Shown here: one piece after another, positions 40,520-51,956 of the stretch
Position numbering within the stretch: the first letter of the stretch is position 1
Layout of the letters: each line of letters starts with the position of its first letter
Assembly (NCBI GenBank): GCA_046735355.1
Contig: JBKPTC010000076.1
Span: 1-59,790, forward strand
Direction: 5' to 3'
DNA length: 59,790 bases
Origin: a bacterium
GTDB taxonomy: Bacteria > Actinomycetota > UBA4738 > HRBIN12
Made by a program: the position numbers and the translations under genes
Notes under the pieces: generated by a model
What the model saw: only the letters and a program-made list of their open reading frames with translations
Databases searched by the model: none
Told to the model about the DNA's origin: nothing

Positions 40520-40833
40520 GCGACGTCGACGCCGTCTTCGCGGCCCTGTCCGATCCGACCCGTCGCGACGTCATCCGGGCGCTGTCGGAGGAGGGGCCGG
40601 TGACGGCCACGGAGCTGGCCGAGCGCATCCCGGTCTCGCGCCAGGCGATCGTCAAGCATCTCGCGTCGCTCGAGGACGCCGGTCTCGTCGCGTCGGCCGT
40701 CGACGGTCGGAGCCGCCGCTTCCGCCTGACGCCCGGTCCGATGCGCGACGCGATGGGATGGATGGCCGACGTCGGCGCCGAGTGGGACGACCGTCTCGAG
40801 GCCCTCCGCCGGCACCTCGCGCGTCCGCGCTGA
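40516..40833 (+). CDS. ArsR/SmtB-family transcriptional regulator
   Basis: [32 protein letters not shown]. Confidence 0.92.
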   Translation: MSDVDAVFAALSDPTRRDVIRALSEEGPVTATELAERIPVSRQAIVKHLASLEDAGLVASAVDGRSRRFRLTPGPMRDAMGWMADVGAEWDDRLEALRRHLARPR

Positions 40834-40880
40834 TCGCCACCGCCGTTGACGCCGACCCGCCGGCCCCGTACGGTCGGTCG

Positions 40881-40896
40881 GCCCAACATGTTGTGG
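40881..40896 (+). promoter_or_regulatory. NrdR-box-like site upstream of nrdR
   Basis: GCCCAACATGTTGTGG fits the CWAtATnTWG core. Confidence 0.6.
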
Positions 40897-40910
40897 TCTG
40901 AGGAGGACGG

Positions 40911-41387
40911 GTGCGCTGTCCGTGGTGTGGTCACGAGGACGACAAGGTCGTCGACTCGCGCCCGGCCGACCGCGGGTCCGCCATCCGCCGCCGTCGCGAG
41001 TGCCTCGGGTGCGCGCGCCGGTACACGACGTTCGAGCGCATCGAGGATGTCGGCCTGTACGTCGTCAAGCGCGACGGCTCACGGGAGCCGTACCAGCGCG
41101 CCAAGGTCGTCTCCGGGATCCGAAAGGCGATCGTGAACCGTCCGGTCACCGAGGAGCAGGTCGCGGTCGCGGCCGACCGGATCGAGGCGCGCCTGCGCCG
41201 CAAGGGCCCGGACGTGACGTCGCAGCAGGTCGGCGTCGAGGTGCTGTCCGAGCTGAAGAAGATCGATCACGTCGCGTACATCCGGTTCGCGAGCGTCTAC
41301 AAGGACTTTCAGGAGGTCACCGACTTCGAGCGCGAGCTCGGTCAGCTCCCGACCAAGAAAGAGTCCGCCAAGACGCGCACCCGCTGA
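40911..41387 (+). CDS. nrdR: Transcriptional repressor NrdR
   Basis: CPWC..VVDSR..IRRRRECLGC zinc ribbon, ATP cone, VAYIRFASVY. Confidence 0.98.
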   Translation: MRCPWCGHEDDKVVDSRPADRGSAIRRRRECLGCARRYTTFERIEDVGLYVVKRDGSREPYQRAKVVSGIRKAIVNRPVTEEQVAVAADRIEARLRRKGPDVTSQQVGVEVLSELKKIDHVAYIRFASVYKDFQEVTDFERELGQLPTKKESAKTRTR

Positions 41388-41406
41388 CCAGCGCGAACGT
41401 TCGCGG

Positions 41407-41492
41407 GTACAATATCTAGTGGTCGAAATCGACCCGGACCACTACATCTACGGACGGAAACGCTTGACGGCAGCGACCCCGAGGACAAGAAT
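41407..41492 (+). promoter_or_regulatory. Tandem NrdR boxes and nrdJ promoter
   Basis: GTACAATATCTAGTGG (41407-22) and CCACTACATCTACGGA (41439-54), 32 bp apart; TTGACG(41464-69)-17-AAGAAT(41487-92). Confidence 0.8.
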
Positions 41493-41541
41493 CACAGCGT
41501 TGTCATTCCGGATGGATCCCGGTTCCATCCTCCCCACGTCG

Positions 41542-41659
41542 GGGGTCCGGTGGGCTCAAGCAGCGAGCGTCAAGGCGCGAGCGGTAGCCCCCGGCAGAAG
41601 GGGTCCGGGGGGCTCAAGCAGCGAGCGTCAAGGCGCGAGCGGTAGCCCCCCGGCGAGAA
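41542..41659 (+). repeat. Two tandem ~58-bp hairpin-forming repeats in the nrdJ leader
   Basis: GGGGTCCGG(T/G)GGGCTCAAGCAGCGAGCGTCAAGGCGCGAGCGGTAGCCCCC(C)GGC at 41542 and 41600. Confidence 0.92.
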
Positions 41660-41675
41660 GGAAGGGGGCTTCGCT

Positions 41676-44434
<2,759 letters not shown>

Positions 44435-44438
<4 letters not shown>

Positions 44439-44872
44439 CGGAACTGCCGTTCCAACGGCTCGACCCGGGTGCGCGCCTTCCCGAGCGCGCGCACTCGGGC
44501 GACGCCGGTCTCGACCTCCGATCCGCGGTCGACGTCGACGTCCAGCCGGGGGAGCGGGCGCTCGTCCCGACCGGTCTCGCGGTGGCGATCCCCGAGGGGC
44601 ACGCGGGCCTCGTGCTTCCGAGGTCTGGGTTGGCATCTCGCGTCGGGCTCACGCTGGCGAACGCGCCGGGCTTGATCGACGCCGGATACCGCGGCGAGAT
44701 CGTGTGCGCCGTCGTGAACCTTGATCGCGACTCCGCTGTCCGGATCGAGCGGGGCGACCGGATCGCGCAGCTCGTGATCGTGCGACTGCCCAACGTCGAA
44801 CCGATGCTCGTCGACGAGCTGCCCGTATCGTCTCGAGGTGCGGGCGGCTTCGGATCGACCGGAACGGCCTGA
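44435..44872 (+). CDS. dut: dUTP diphosphatase
   Basis: [33 protein letters not shown]. Confidence 0.97.
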
Positions 44873-44921
44873 CGGCGGCGGTTGAACCGCCCCGGCGCCC
44901 GCCCGTAGACTAGGTGGCCTC

Positions 44922-44997
44922 GCGGACGTGGCTCAGCTGGTAGAGCACCACCTTGCCAAGGTGGGGGTCGCGGGTTCGAATCCCGTCGTCCGCTCCA
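44922..44997 (+). tRNA. tRNA-Gly (GCC)
   Basis: GCGGACG/CGTCCGC acceptor stem, anticodon loop TTGCCAA, GGTTCGAATCC, encoded CCA; TAGACT -10 at 44906. Confidence 0.98.
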
Positions 44998-45050
44998 GGT
45001 CAGAGGCGTGTGAGCGCCGAATCACACCGGTGGAACCCGTCAACGGTCCG

Positions 45051-45250
45051 TCAATGGTCCGTCTCGCGCACGCCTGACGCACGGTAGAGGTCGTCGATCG
45101 CATCGGCGAGACTCCGGCCGGCGGCCTCGTAGAGCTTGACGTAGACGCCGTCGACCATCCGCGTAGAGGTGTGGCCTAGCTGCCTGCTGACTGCCTTGAG
45201 ATCCGTGGACGCGGCGTAGGCAAGGCTCGCGCCCGAGTGCCGGAGCCACC
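45051..45250 (-). pseudogene. Tyrosine integrase C-terminal remnant
   Basis: LRHSGASLAY..DLKAVSRQLGHTSTRMVDGVY; N-terminal part missing. Confidence 0.85.
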
Positions 45251-45551
45251 CCGGCCGCGACAGGTGCCCGCCGACCCCCGCGCCGACTTCTCCGACGACG
45301 TCTCCGCTCCGATCACTCATGTTCCGCCCAGCGACGACGGGAGGATCACACGCCTGACTTACGACGAGCTGTTTCCCGACTCCGACGAAAGCGATGAAGA
45401 GCCTTGATCCAGGACCACAGAGCACGCATCGTTGTCGACGTCGAAGTGCCGTCGGCGGACGTTGTTCCCATCGTCGCTGATGGGGTTGCCGAGGCTCTTG
45501 CGGCCCTCACCACATGGCGACGTGATTGCGACTCGTGCCGAGTTGAATTGA

Positions 45552-46073
45552 ATGGACGCTAGCGACGCTCGAAGGGCGCGGCATGAGGCAGGTCACGCTG
45601 CGGCAGGTCTGATGGTCGGCGCGCACGTTGCTGTAGTGACACGTCTCAAGACGGTTCACGGGAACGGCGTCGCGCTGTTCAAGCGGGGAGACCGCCAAGC
45701 GGTGTGGCTCGCTCCCTTCATTGAGGCGTTCGATCGCGGGGATGTGCGCGGCGAGGGGTATTCCTACGACCTCCGCCAAGCTTGCGACGAGGGGGACATC
45801 GGCTCGGCGGTCAGGCGAACCTTGGAGCTGGTGCGCGACCGCCGCTATCAGAAGCTCCGCGCCACGATCGAGGCGGAGCTGTACTCGAGACCCCTACTCC
45901 AGGCCGACGACCTCGCTGCGATTGCCCGGCGGTACGAGATCTGCCCCGCCGTCCAGACCCTGACTTGTCGGTGCCCGCTCGCCAATGTCCTGCTCCGCCT
46001 CCTCAGCTACGCGGACGAAGCCTTGCCCGCTGACGTTACGCTGTGCAGAAGTTGGAGCCAGAGGGAGGACGCC
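45552..46073 (+). CDS. HExxH (HEAGH) M41-like peptidase-like ORF; no stop, runs in frame into next gene
   Basis: ARHEAGHAAAG near N-terminus; frame continues to 46370. Confidence 0.45.
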
Positions 46074-46370
46074 ATGGCGAAGTGGGCGAGGCTCACGAGG
46101 GTCAAGGGTGATTCGGGACGCTACGACGAGGCTGCGAAGATGGTCGAGGAGAACGTCCTCCCATCTGCACGCAACCTCCAGGGGTTCGCTGGCGGCATCT
46201 GGTTTGGCAACCGCGAAACCGGTGAAGTCTCAGGCCTCACGCTGTTTGAGTCGAAGGAGGCTCTGGAGGCATCGGAAGCCGGCGCACAGCAAATCCGCGA
46301 GCGCGCTGCCGGTGCGCTCGGTGGTGAAGTGATCGAGGTGGAGCGCTTCGAGGTCTTCCTCGAGGTCTAG
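46074..46370 (+). CDS. Small dimeric alpha-beta barrel (ABM-like) protein
   Basis: GGGAGG RBS; VLP.AR...GF.G..ETGE...LTLFESKEAL pattern; 98 aa. Confidence 0.75.
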   Translation: MAKWARLTRVKGDSGRYDEAAKMVEENVLPSARNLQGFAGGIWFGNRETGEVSGLTLFESKEALEASEAGAQQIRERAAGALGGEVIEVERFEVFLEV

Positions 46371-46413
46371 AAGAGCAGAAGCGGATGGTCGAATCGGGGC
46401 GGAGGGCAACCGA

Positions 46414-46588
46414 CTACATGCGTCCGCGCCGATCTGCGAGAAGCGCCAGCAACGTGAGCACCGCACCGACGACGAAGACCAGCGTCGCGAGATAGATAAG
46501 CCCGAGATGTCCAAGCGTGTCGAAATGGTTCGGATAGTGGGCAGGCAGCGCGACGGCAAGTGCCAGGACGGGTGCGGCGACGGCCGCG
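46414..46588 (-). pseudogene. 3' fragment of a paralogue of the 49290-49805 membrane protein gene
   Basis: 175-bp ungapped match to 49290-49464 encoding AAVAAPVLALAVALPAHYPNHFDTLGHLGLIYLATLVFVVGAVLTLLALL; no start codon. Confidence 0.88.
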
Positions 46589-46747
46589 GGCTTCGGGGTG
46601 AAGCGCGAGCCGCCTGGCTGGAAGTCGTACTGGCTCGGGCGGCCCTGAGTTGGGCCGATCAGGTCGTTCCGCTGGGTATCGCGGCTGCGCTTCCAGGCGG
46701 TCCGGTCGAAGAACCCCAGTCCGAAGAGTAGGCGTACGGCGGGCGGG

Positions 46748-46981
46748 CTAGTCGGTCAGCCGCGCGGGAACGTTGTCGAACAGGCCAACGGCCGCGCGCG
46801 CGGCGTCCTCTGAGTGAAGCATCGTGACGAAACCGCGCGCCTTTCGCCACATATCCGCCGCGGCGGCCGCCGAGGCCTTGGCCACGACGAATGTCGGGCG
46901 CCGTTCAACGATCTGTATGTCGGGACGTGCGAGTACGTCATCAACCGACGCCCCAACAGCGAGCACGAACCGCTGGACCAT
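46748..46981 (-). CDS. Small hypothetical protein (paralogue family member 1)
   Basis: MVQRFVLAVG..SEDAARAAVGLF; similar to 47238 and 47504 ORFs. Confidence 0.6.
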   Translation of the reverse strand: MVQRFVLAVGASVDDVLARPDIQIVERRPTFVVAKASAAAAADMWRKARGFVTMLHSEDAARAAVGLFDNVPARLTD

Positions 46982-47237
46982 GGACGAAGTGTCTGTCAGC
47001 GAGACGCCCGGCACCAATAGTGCGCGAGTAGAGACTTGCTGTAGTCCTTCGCGGCCTGGACCGTGGACTAAAGACCTAGGGCGCCGAACGAACACGGTAG
47101 TTAGCTCGACGCTGCGTCGGTAGACGAAATGGCTCTTGGCGCGGCACGCGGATTCGGCAGGTCACGTCGGCGCCACGCCGCGATTTCGCTCGGAATGGCT
47201 GTGCACCGGAGTTCGACCGCTATCCGATGACTCCTGC

Positions 47238-47507
47238 GTGTCCGCTCCCCTCAGATACGTGCTGGCCGCTGGAAACGACGCCCGCCGGGTACTCGATGAG
47301 TGCCCCACCAGCCTCGTCGATCGCCTCGATCAGGCCGTCCTCGTCGTCACCGACCCGACGACGGCCACCTGGCTCGTCTCGTCCAGCGGCGGGCACGTCT
47401 ACGTCTATGACAGCGAAGAGGCCGCCCGATCGGTCTTTCCCTGTTGGCACGAGCTTCGCTCGTCCAGTGGCTCTCGGGGCGTATGCGGTGAGCAGCGCTA
47501 CCGATAG
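47238..47507 (+). CDS. Small hypothetical protein (paralogue family member 2)
   Basis: LRYVLAAG..VYVYDSEEAARSVF; GTG start uncertain. Confidence 0.55.
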   Translation: MSAPLRYVLAAGNDARRVLDECPTSLVDRLDQAVLVVTDPTTATWLVSSSGGHVYVYDSEEAARSVFPCWHELRSSSGSRGVCGEQRYR

Positions 47508-47713
47508 GAACCCGGTGGATTCTTGCGCTCGCCGACGACGCGGCCCGTGTGAAGACGACGCCCGGCGTAAGCATGATCGACGAGGTTCCCGGCGTCGTAC
47601 TCGCTGAGGCCGATATCACGGTCGCGAAGCGGCTGGTCCGAGAGGGCGAGTACGTGGGGGTCTACGGCTCCCTCGCGGACGCGTATCGGGCGTTCAGTCT
47701 GTTCCTTCGGTAG
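47504..47713 (+). CDS. Small hypothetical protein (paralogue family member 3), absent from ORF track
   Basis: (I)GTRWILALADDAARVKTTPGVSMIDEVPGVVLAEADITVAKRLVREGEYVGVYGSLADAYRAFSLFLR*; only ATA at 47504 or internal ATG at 47573 as start. Confidence 0.5.
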   Translation: MGTRWILALADDAARVKTTPGVSMIDEVPGVVLAEADITVAKRLVREGEYVGVYGSLADAYRAFSLFLR

Positions 47714-47729
47714 CGCAGAGGGGCGAGAG

Positions 47730-48026
47730 TCATTGCTCGAGCCTGATCTCGGGACGTGCGTCGAGTCCGACGGCCTCCAGGACCCGTTTGATGCGGGGGT
47801 GCGGGTTCCGAAGTACGACGGGTCGCTCGGCGCTGATCCGGAGCAGACCTCGAATCCCGGTTGAGTCCATGAACGTGAGGTCGCCCACGTCGAGAACGAC
47901 GGGTCCGGGCCCCTCACAGATGATCGGCAACCAGGCGTCGAAGACGTCCTGGCAGGTGATATCGAACTCACCAGCGAGGAGAAAGACGCCCTGCTCGGTT
48001 CCCTGCCGCACCTCGAGCGTGGCCAT
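47730..48026 (-). CDS. STAS-domain anti-anti-sigma factor
   Basis: LAGEFD, VVLDVGDLTFMDSTG (phospho-Ser), VLRNP; GAGAGGG RBS. Confidence 0.88.
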   Translation of the reverse strand: MATLEVRQGTEQGVFLLAGEFDITCQDVFDAWLPIICEGPGPVVLDVGDLTFMDSTGIRGLLRISAERPVVLRNPHPRIKRVLEAVGLDARPEIRLEQ

Positions 48027-48178
48027 GGCTCGCCCTCTCGGCTCGGAATATCCCACCCGGCGACTTCAGCACGCAACCTCCCCCGCGGCCGATGGGGCTC
48101 ATACCTCGGATGACCGAGTGTTGCTCCGGGGCTGACCGGGTACTGGCTCCGTGAGCGGCGTAGAGGGGCATCCGTCAG

Positions 48179-48571
48179 TTGGAGTGGCACACCCAGCTTC
48201 GGCTACCGGCCGAGTCGATCGCGCCTGCCCTTGCGCGAGCCGGCATCCGGCCGGTCACCGACGCTCTGCCGGAGCGAACGGCGGCGGACGTCGCGCTCCT
48301 TACGAGCGAGATCGTTTCGAACGCAGTGCAGCACGTTTCGGGCAGTGCTCGAGACGAGATCATCGTCCGGATCGGCGGAGACAAGGTCATCCGAGTGGAG
48401 GTCCTCGACTGCGGTGCTCTTTTCGATGCGCCGGCGCCACGACAGCCATGGGACGCCCGGTCGAACGGGTGGGGCCTGTACCTCGTGGATAGCGTCGCTC
48501 AGGCGTGGGGCGTGGAGTCCGAAGGTCCCGGCAAGAGAGTGTGGTTCGAGCTCGATCCGGGCCCGGACTAG
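48179..48571 (+). CDS. RsbW-like anti-sigma factor (HATPase)
   Basis: LLTSEIVSNAVQH, IRVEVLD, GWGLYLV, WGV..GKRVWFEL. Confidence 0.88.
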   Translation: MEWHTQLRLPAESIAPALARAGIRPVTDALPERTAADVALLTSEIVSNAVQHVSGSARDEIIVRIGGDKVIRVEVLDCGALFDAPAPRQPWDARSNGWGLYLVDSVAQAWGVESEGPGKRVWFELDPGPD

Positions 48572-48623
48572 AACGGTCACGAAGTGCCGACGTTGTCGGC
48601 TGGACGGCACGAAGGGAGGTCCA

Positions 48624-48848
48624 ATGCCACGCCGAAAGTTCGTCGTTTCGCCGAACAAGCGCGAGGGCGGTTGGAGAGTCCAGAGCGCCGGCATCGTGCA
48701 GCCGTTCGACACGAAGCAAGAGGCCCTCAACGCTGCTGCGAAGCAGGCCCGCTCAATGGGCAACTCGCAGGTCGTCATCCAGAAGAAGGACGGCACGATT
48801 CAGTCTGAGCGGACGTACGGCAACGACCCGAGGCGTTCCAAGGGCTAA
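48624..48848 (+). CDS. DUF2188-family protein
   Basis: GGWRV..FDTKQEA..VVIQKKDGTIQSERTYGNDP..SKG; GGGAGG RBS. Confidence 0.85.
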   Translation: MPRRKFVVSPNKREGGWRVQSAGIVQPFDTKQEALNAAAKQARSMGNSQVVIQKKDGTIQSERTYGNDPRRSKG

Positions 48849-48910
48849 CGGACCGACGACCACCGTTTCGCGAAGCCGTTCCAGGTCCGCATCTTTGTGA
48901 GGAGGGCGCC

Positions 48911-49201
48911 ATGTATGGAACCATCGCACGCGCGAGCATTAAGCCGGAGAATCGAGAGCGTCTGCGCGACGTGATGAGGCAACAGGCGTACGGCGACCGC
49001 GACATCGAGGGGTATGTTGCCTCGTACGTAATGTCGCCCGACACACGGGACGACCAGATATGGCTCGTCGCGATCTTTCGGGATGAGGAGACATACCGTC
49101 GGAACGCTGATAGTCCCGAACAGGACGCTCGGTACCGTGAGTTCCGCGCGCTTCTCGAGTCAGACCCGCAGTGGGTGGACGGAGCGTTCGATACGGAGTA
49201 G
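48911..49201 (+). CDS. ABM-like dimeric alpha-beta barrel protein
   Basis: MYGTIAR..KP..F.DEETYRRNADSPEQDARY..LLE.DP.W.DG; GAGGAGG RBS. Confidence 0.78.
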   Translation: MYGTIARASIKPENRERLRDVMRQQAYGDRDIEGYVASYVMSPDTRDDQIWLVAIFRDEETYRRNADSPEQDARYREFRALLESDPQWVDGAFDTE

Positions 49202-49289
49202 GCGGACGTCGTTCACCACCGCGACGGACGACGTTCTTCCCATGTCGTCGAACCGGATCGTATGAAGGCGCGACTAAAGCAGAACGGAT

Positions 49290-49805
49290 TTACATCCGTT
49301 CGCGCTGGCTTCCGAGAAGCGCCAGAAGCGTTAGCACAGCACCGACGACGAAGACGAGCGTCGCGAGATAGATGAGTCCCAGGTGTCCGAGCGTGTCGAA
49401 ATGGTTCGGATAGTGGGCAGGCAGCGCGACGGCAAGTGCCAGGACGGGTGTGGCGACGGCCGCGATCCACGCCCACAGTAGTCCTCGACGGACACCGAAG
49501 ATGACGAGGAGCAGAACGGCTAGCCCCGTCGCTGCGATGAATCCCGAAAGCGCGATCTGCAGGTGGCTGATGTACTCATACAACGAGGGACTGAACGACT
49601 GGATCTCGTCCTTGCCGACATTCACCTCGTTCGGACCGATACCGAGCTCGAGGAAGCTGTCGGTGAAGTTCCGGATGAAGAACAGCACGGCGTAACCGAT
49701 GAAGCCGACGGCGGCTGCGCCCATCAGCCAACTACCGAGCCGCAGCGATCCTTCAGCTGGAACCGTCCGTCGCTCGTGTCGCTCGTGCATTCCGATGTCT
49801 GCCAT
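49290..49805 (-). CDS. Hypothetical 4-TM membrane protein with conserved-looking His residues
   Basis: Four hydrophobic segments; YISHLQ, PAHYPNHFDTLGHLG; GGGAGGGG RBS. Confidence 0.75.
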   Translation of the reverse strand: MADIGMHERHERRTVPAEGSLRLGSWLMGAAAVGFIGYAVLFFIRNFTDSFLELGIGPNEVNVGKDEIQSFSPSLYEYISHLQIALSGFIAATGLAVLLLVIFGVRRGLLWAWIAAVATPVLALAVALPAHYPNHFDTLGHLGLIYLATLVFVVGAVLTLLALLGSQRERM

Positions 49806-50101
49806 TGGCGTCCCCTCCCAGTAACGCTTAGGGCCGATCGTACGCCTGGCTTCGCCGTAGGCGCCATCGAGGCAGCGAAGTACGTGTGTCTGTGTGTACA
49901 TGAATTCTCAGGCCCGTTTGGCCGCGGAGTCCCTGCCGGCCGGAACCGGTGGTCCTCGCGCTCGCCGACGACGCTGCCTGGCCGACGGCTACCGAGCGTT
50001 CTCGCTGTTCCAGCGAGGCGCAACGGTTCCGATACCCAATCGGCTTCCTGAAGCACAGTTGACCGACCGACGCACCGTCGTCCGCTCCAAGAAAGCGCCG
50101 G

Positions 50102-50400
50102 TCAGCCGGTACGTTTCCGGGAACGCGGTGAGGCGTCTTGCGAGCGATCCCGAGGATATCCCGCAGCAGGATCGAGCGCCGCTGCGATCTGCGCGTCCAT
50201 CGACTCGAGCAGACTGCCGTGATGGGCCTCGATCATCCGCGTGGACGCGTGTCGGAGGCGGAACGCGACCAAGACCGGCGGCATGAGCCGAGCGCCATCC
50301 GTCGCGTGGGTACGCCGCAGGTTCGGAAACGCGAAGCTGTCCAGGGCCGGCTCGTTCGACGGCGGGCAGACGCGGCGCATGAAGTTCTGCCGGGCGGACC
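50102..50400 (-). pseudogene. Second tyrosine integrase C-terminal remnant (degenerate)
   Basis: NFMRRV..F.FPNLRRTHAT..VAFRLRHASTRMIEAHHG.LL..D..IAAALD; lies right after the att repeat. Confidence 0.75.
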
Positions 50401-50524
50401 GGCCCGCCGTTCGGTGCCGTGAAGACGTGCTCCTCGAAGGTACACGCGGGGAAACGGAGTGCACATGCAGCATCGCTGAAGGGCCGGGATTGACAGCGGC
50501 CAGCGTCGGGAAGGCACCCCAGAG

Positions 50525-50596
50525 ATGCCCTTCCTCCTGCTCGTGGTACTGCTGATCGTCGTCGTGCTGGCGTTGTGGTTCCGGCGGCCCCGTTGA
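50525..50596 (+). CDS. Putative 23-aa single-TM peptide
   Basis: MPFLLLVVLLIVVVLALWFRRPR*; GGGAAGG about 10 nt upstream. Confidence 0.4.
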   Translation: MPFLLLVVLLIVVVLALWFRRPR

Positions 50597-50944
50597 CCAC
50601 AGCCCTCCCCGCGGGATGCGTGCCTGCGGGAACGAGGGCCGTGTCGCCCGGCGAGGGTCCGCATCCGGGCGTGCGTTCGTATCGGCCGCCGGCCCTCAGC
50701 CGCTAAAAGCGCGAGGCTCCCCTCAGCGCCATGGTCGCTGCTCCGGCGGCGTCTCGCCCCTCTCATGCCCGCAGCGAGAGGCGCGGATGCCCAGCCGGAA
50801 GCCGATCCCGAAGGTGGCCGGGGAGCCTCGACGGAACGATGATGCGTCGCGTCGGAGCGGGAATACAAGCCTGCTTTAGGCCATTGCGGAGATTCTCGGC
50901 TCACCCGCTAAGGGGACACTGGCTGTCGGCCGATAGGAGTGCTG

Positions 50945-51157
50945 ATGGGCCGACAGGTCGAACTCAGGGACGTGGGCGCGTACCCATGGTCATCCCGAGC
51001 AATCGCTTGGGGGTACGACACCACTACGGGCGAGCATGTTGCGTTCGCCGTTTCGAAGAGCAAGGGTGCCGCGCTTCGGGATCGACTTGAGAACGACCCA
51101 AGCGCGATCATCGATGTGAACCCTCTGGACGTGCTCTTCGCTCGGCCGCCCGAGTAG
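50945..51157 (+). CDS. Small hypothetical protein
   Basis: AGGAG RBS; 70 aa with globular composition. Confidence 0.55.
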   Translation: MGRQVELRDVGAYPWSSRAIAWGYDTTTGEHVAFAVSKSKGAALRDRLENDPSAIIDVNPLDVLFARPPE

Positions 51158-51300
51158 TCGCTGGGTCTGGGACGCTCGACCCAGCCGGCAACCCCGGATG
51201 TCCACGTGAGGCTGCTGGCTCCACCGCCCCATCTCGGTTCATAGATGGAGATGGGATACGCCCTCAACGTTGCTACCGCGGTAGCAGGCGAGCTAACGGT

Positions 51301-51495
51301 TCAGCTGGCCAGCCTGACCGTCGGCAGATCTTCGACGATCCCGATCTCGTCGAGCATGTGCCTTAGCTTGCTGTACGCGACGGGGCGCTCCCGCTTGTTG
51401 AACCACAAGGGCGGCAGCCGATCCTCCTCGAAGTGGAGGCTGATCGTGTCGCCCTGCTCGACGACCTGGAATGTGACTTCAGCTCGGCGCGTCAT
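51301..51495 (-). CDS. Small hypothetical protein
   Basis: GAGAGGGG RBS; MTRRAEVTFQVVEQG.., 64 aa. Confidence 0.55.
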   Translation of the reverse strand: MTRRAEVTFQVVEQGDTISLHFEEDRLPPLWFNKRERPVAYSKLRHMLDEIGIVEDLPTVRLAS

Positions 51496-51956
51496 GGGTT
51501 CCCCTCTCGCGCGCGCTGCGAACCGCGCTGTCGCCTTGGACCACGTCTCACGACGCGCCCGCCGAGCGTCGCTCTCACGCACGACTGCCGCCGGCGACAA
51601 TCCGTTAGGCCTCGGGCCGAAGCCTCATGTCCGACGCGTACCCGCCCTCCGGGCGACGCTAAACGGGGCGCGTCGGCCGGGGATGGCTCATTTTCGGCTT
51701 CTGCGCGGCGGCAGGAGAGTACGTAGTTGACCTGGGAAGCCTTCGCCTGGAGGACGCCGATGAACAGCGTCATCCGGATCCGTGATCGCCTCGCGGTTCC
51801 TCGTAATCCCGCGGACATCACCACAGGACGTTCGGAATGCACCGAAACGACCAGACGACCTGAGGCTAGAAAGACGTTCAATGCCGTGCGGTGCGAACGG
51901 GCCCTAGGAAGCGGCGCCCTCGCCTAGCCCGAAGGCGCCGCTTCCGGGATGGGGTG

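Larger units (their letters stand above)
44983..50089. mobile_element. Decayed integrative element 1 at tRNA-Gly, bounded by 15-bp direct repeats
   Basis: CCGTCGTCCGCTCCA at 44983-44997 (tRNA 3' end) and 50075-50089; integrase relic next to tRNA. Confidence 0.8.

Noticed and set aside
41392-41405. Palindrome CGCGAACGTTCGCG as an SOS box
   Set aside because: No 4-nt spacer between GAAC and GTTC; function unsupported
41542-41659. CRISPR array
   Set aside because: Only two units, no unique spacers and no cas genes
41493-41675. Cobalamin riboswitch before nrdJ
   Set aside because: No recognisable B12-box or GGGAA core, and most of the leader is the tandem repeat
45965-45988. RecA-NDp promoter at TTGTCGGTG
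   Set aside because: No TANNNT at the 10-nt spacing
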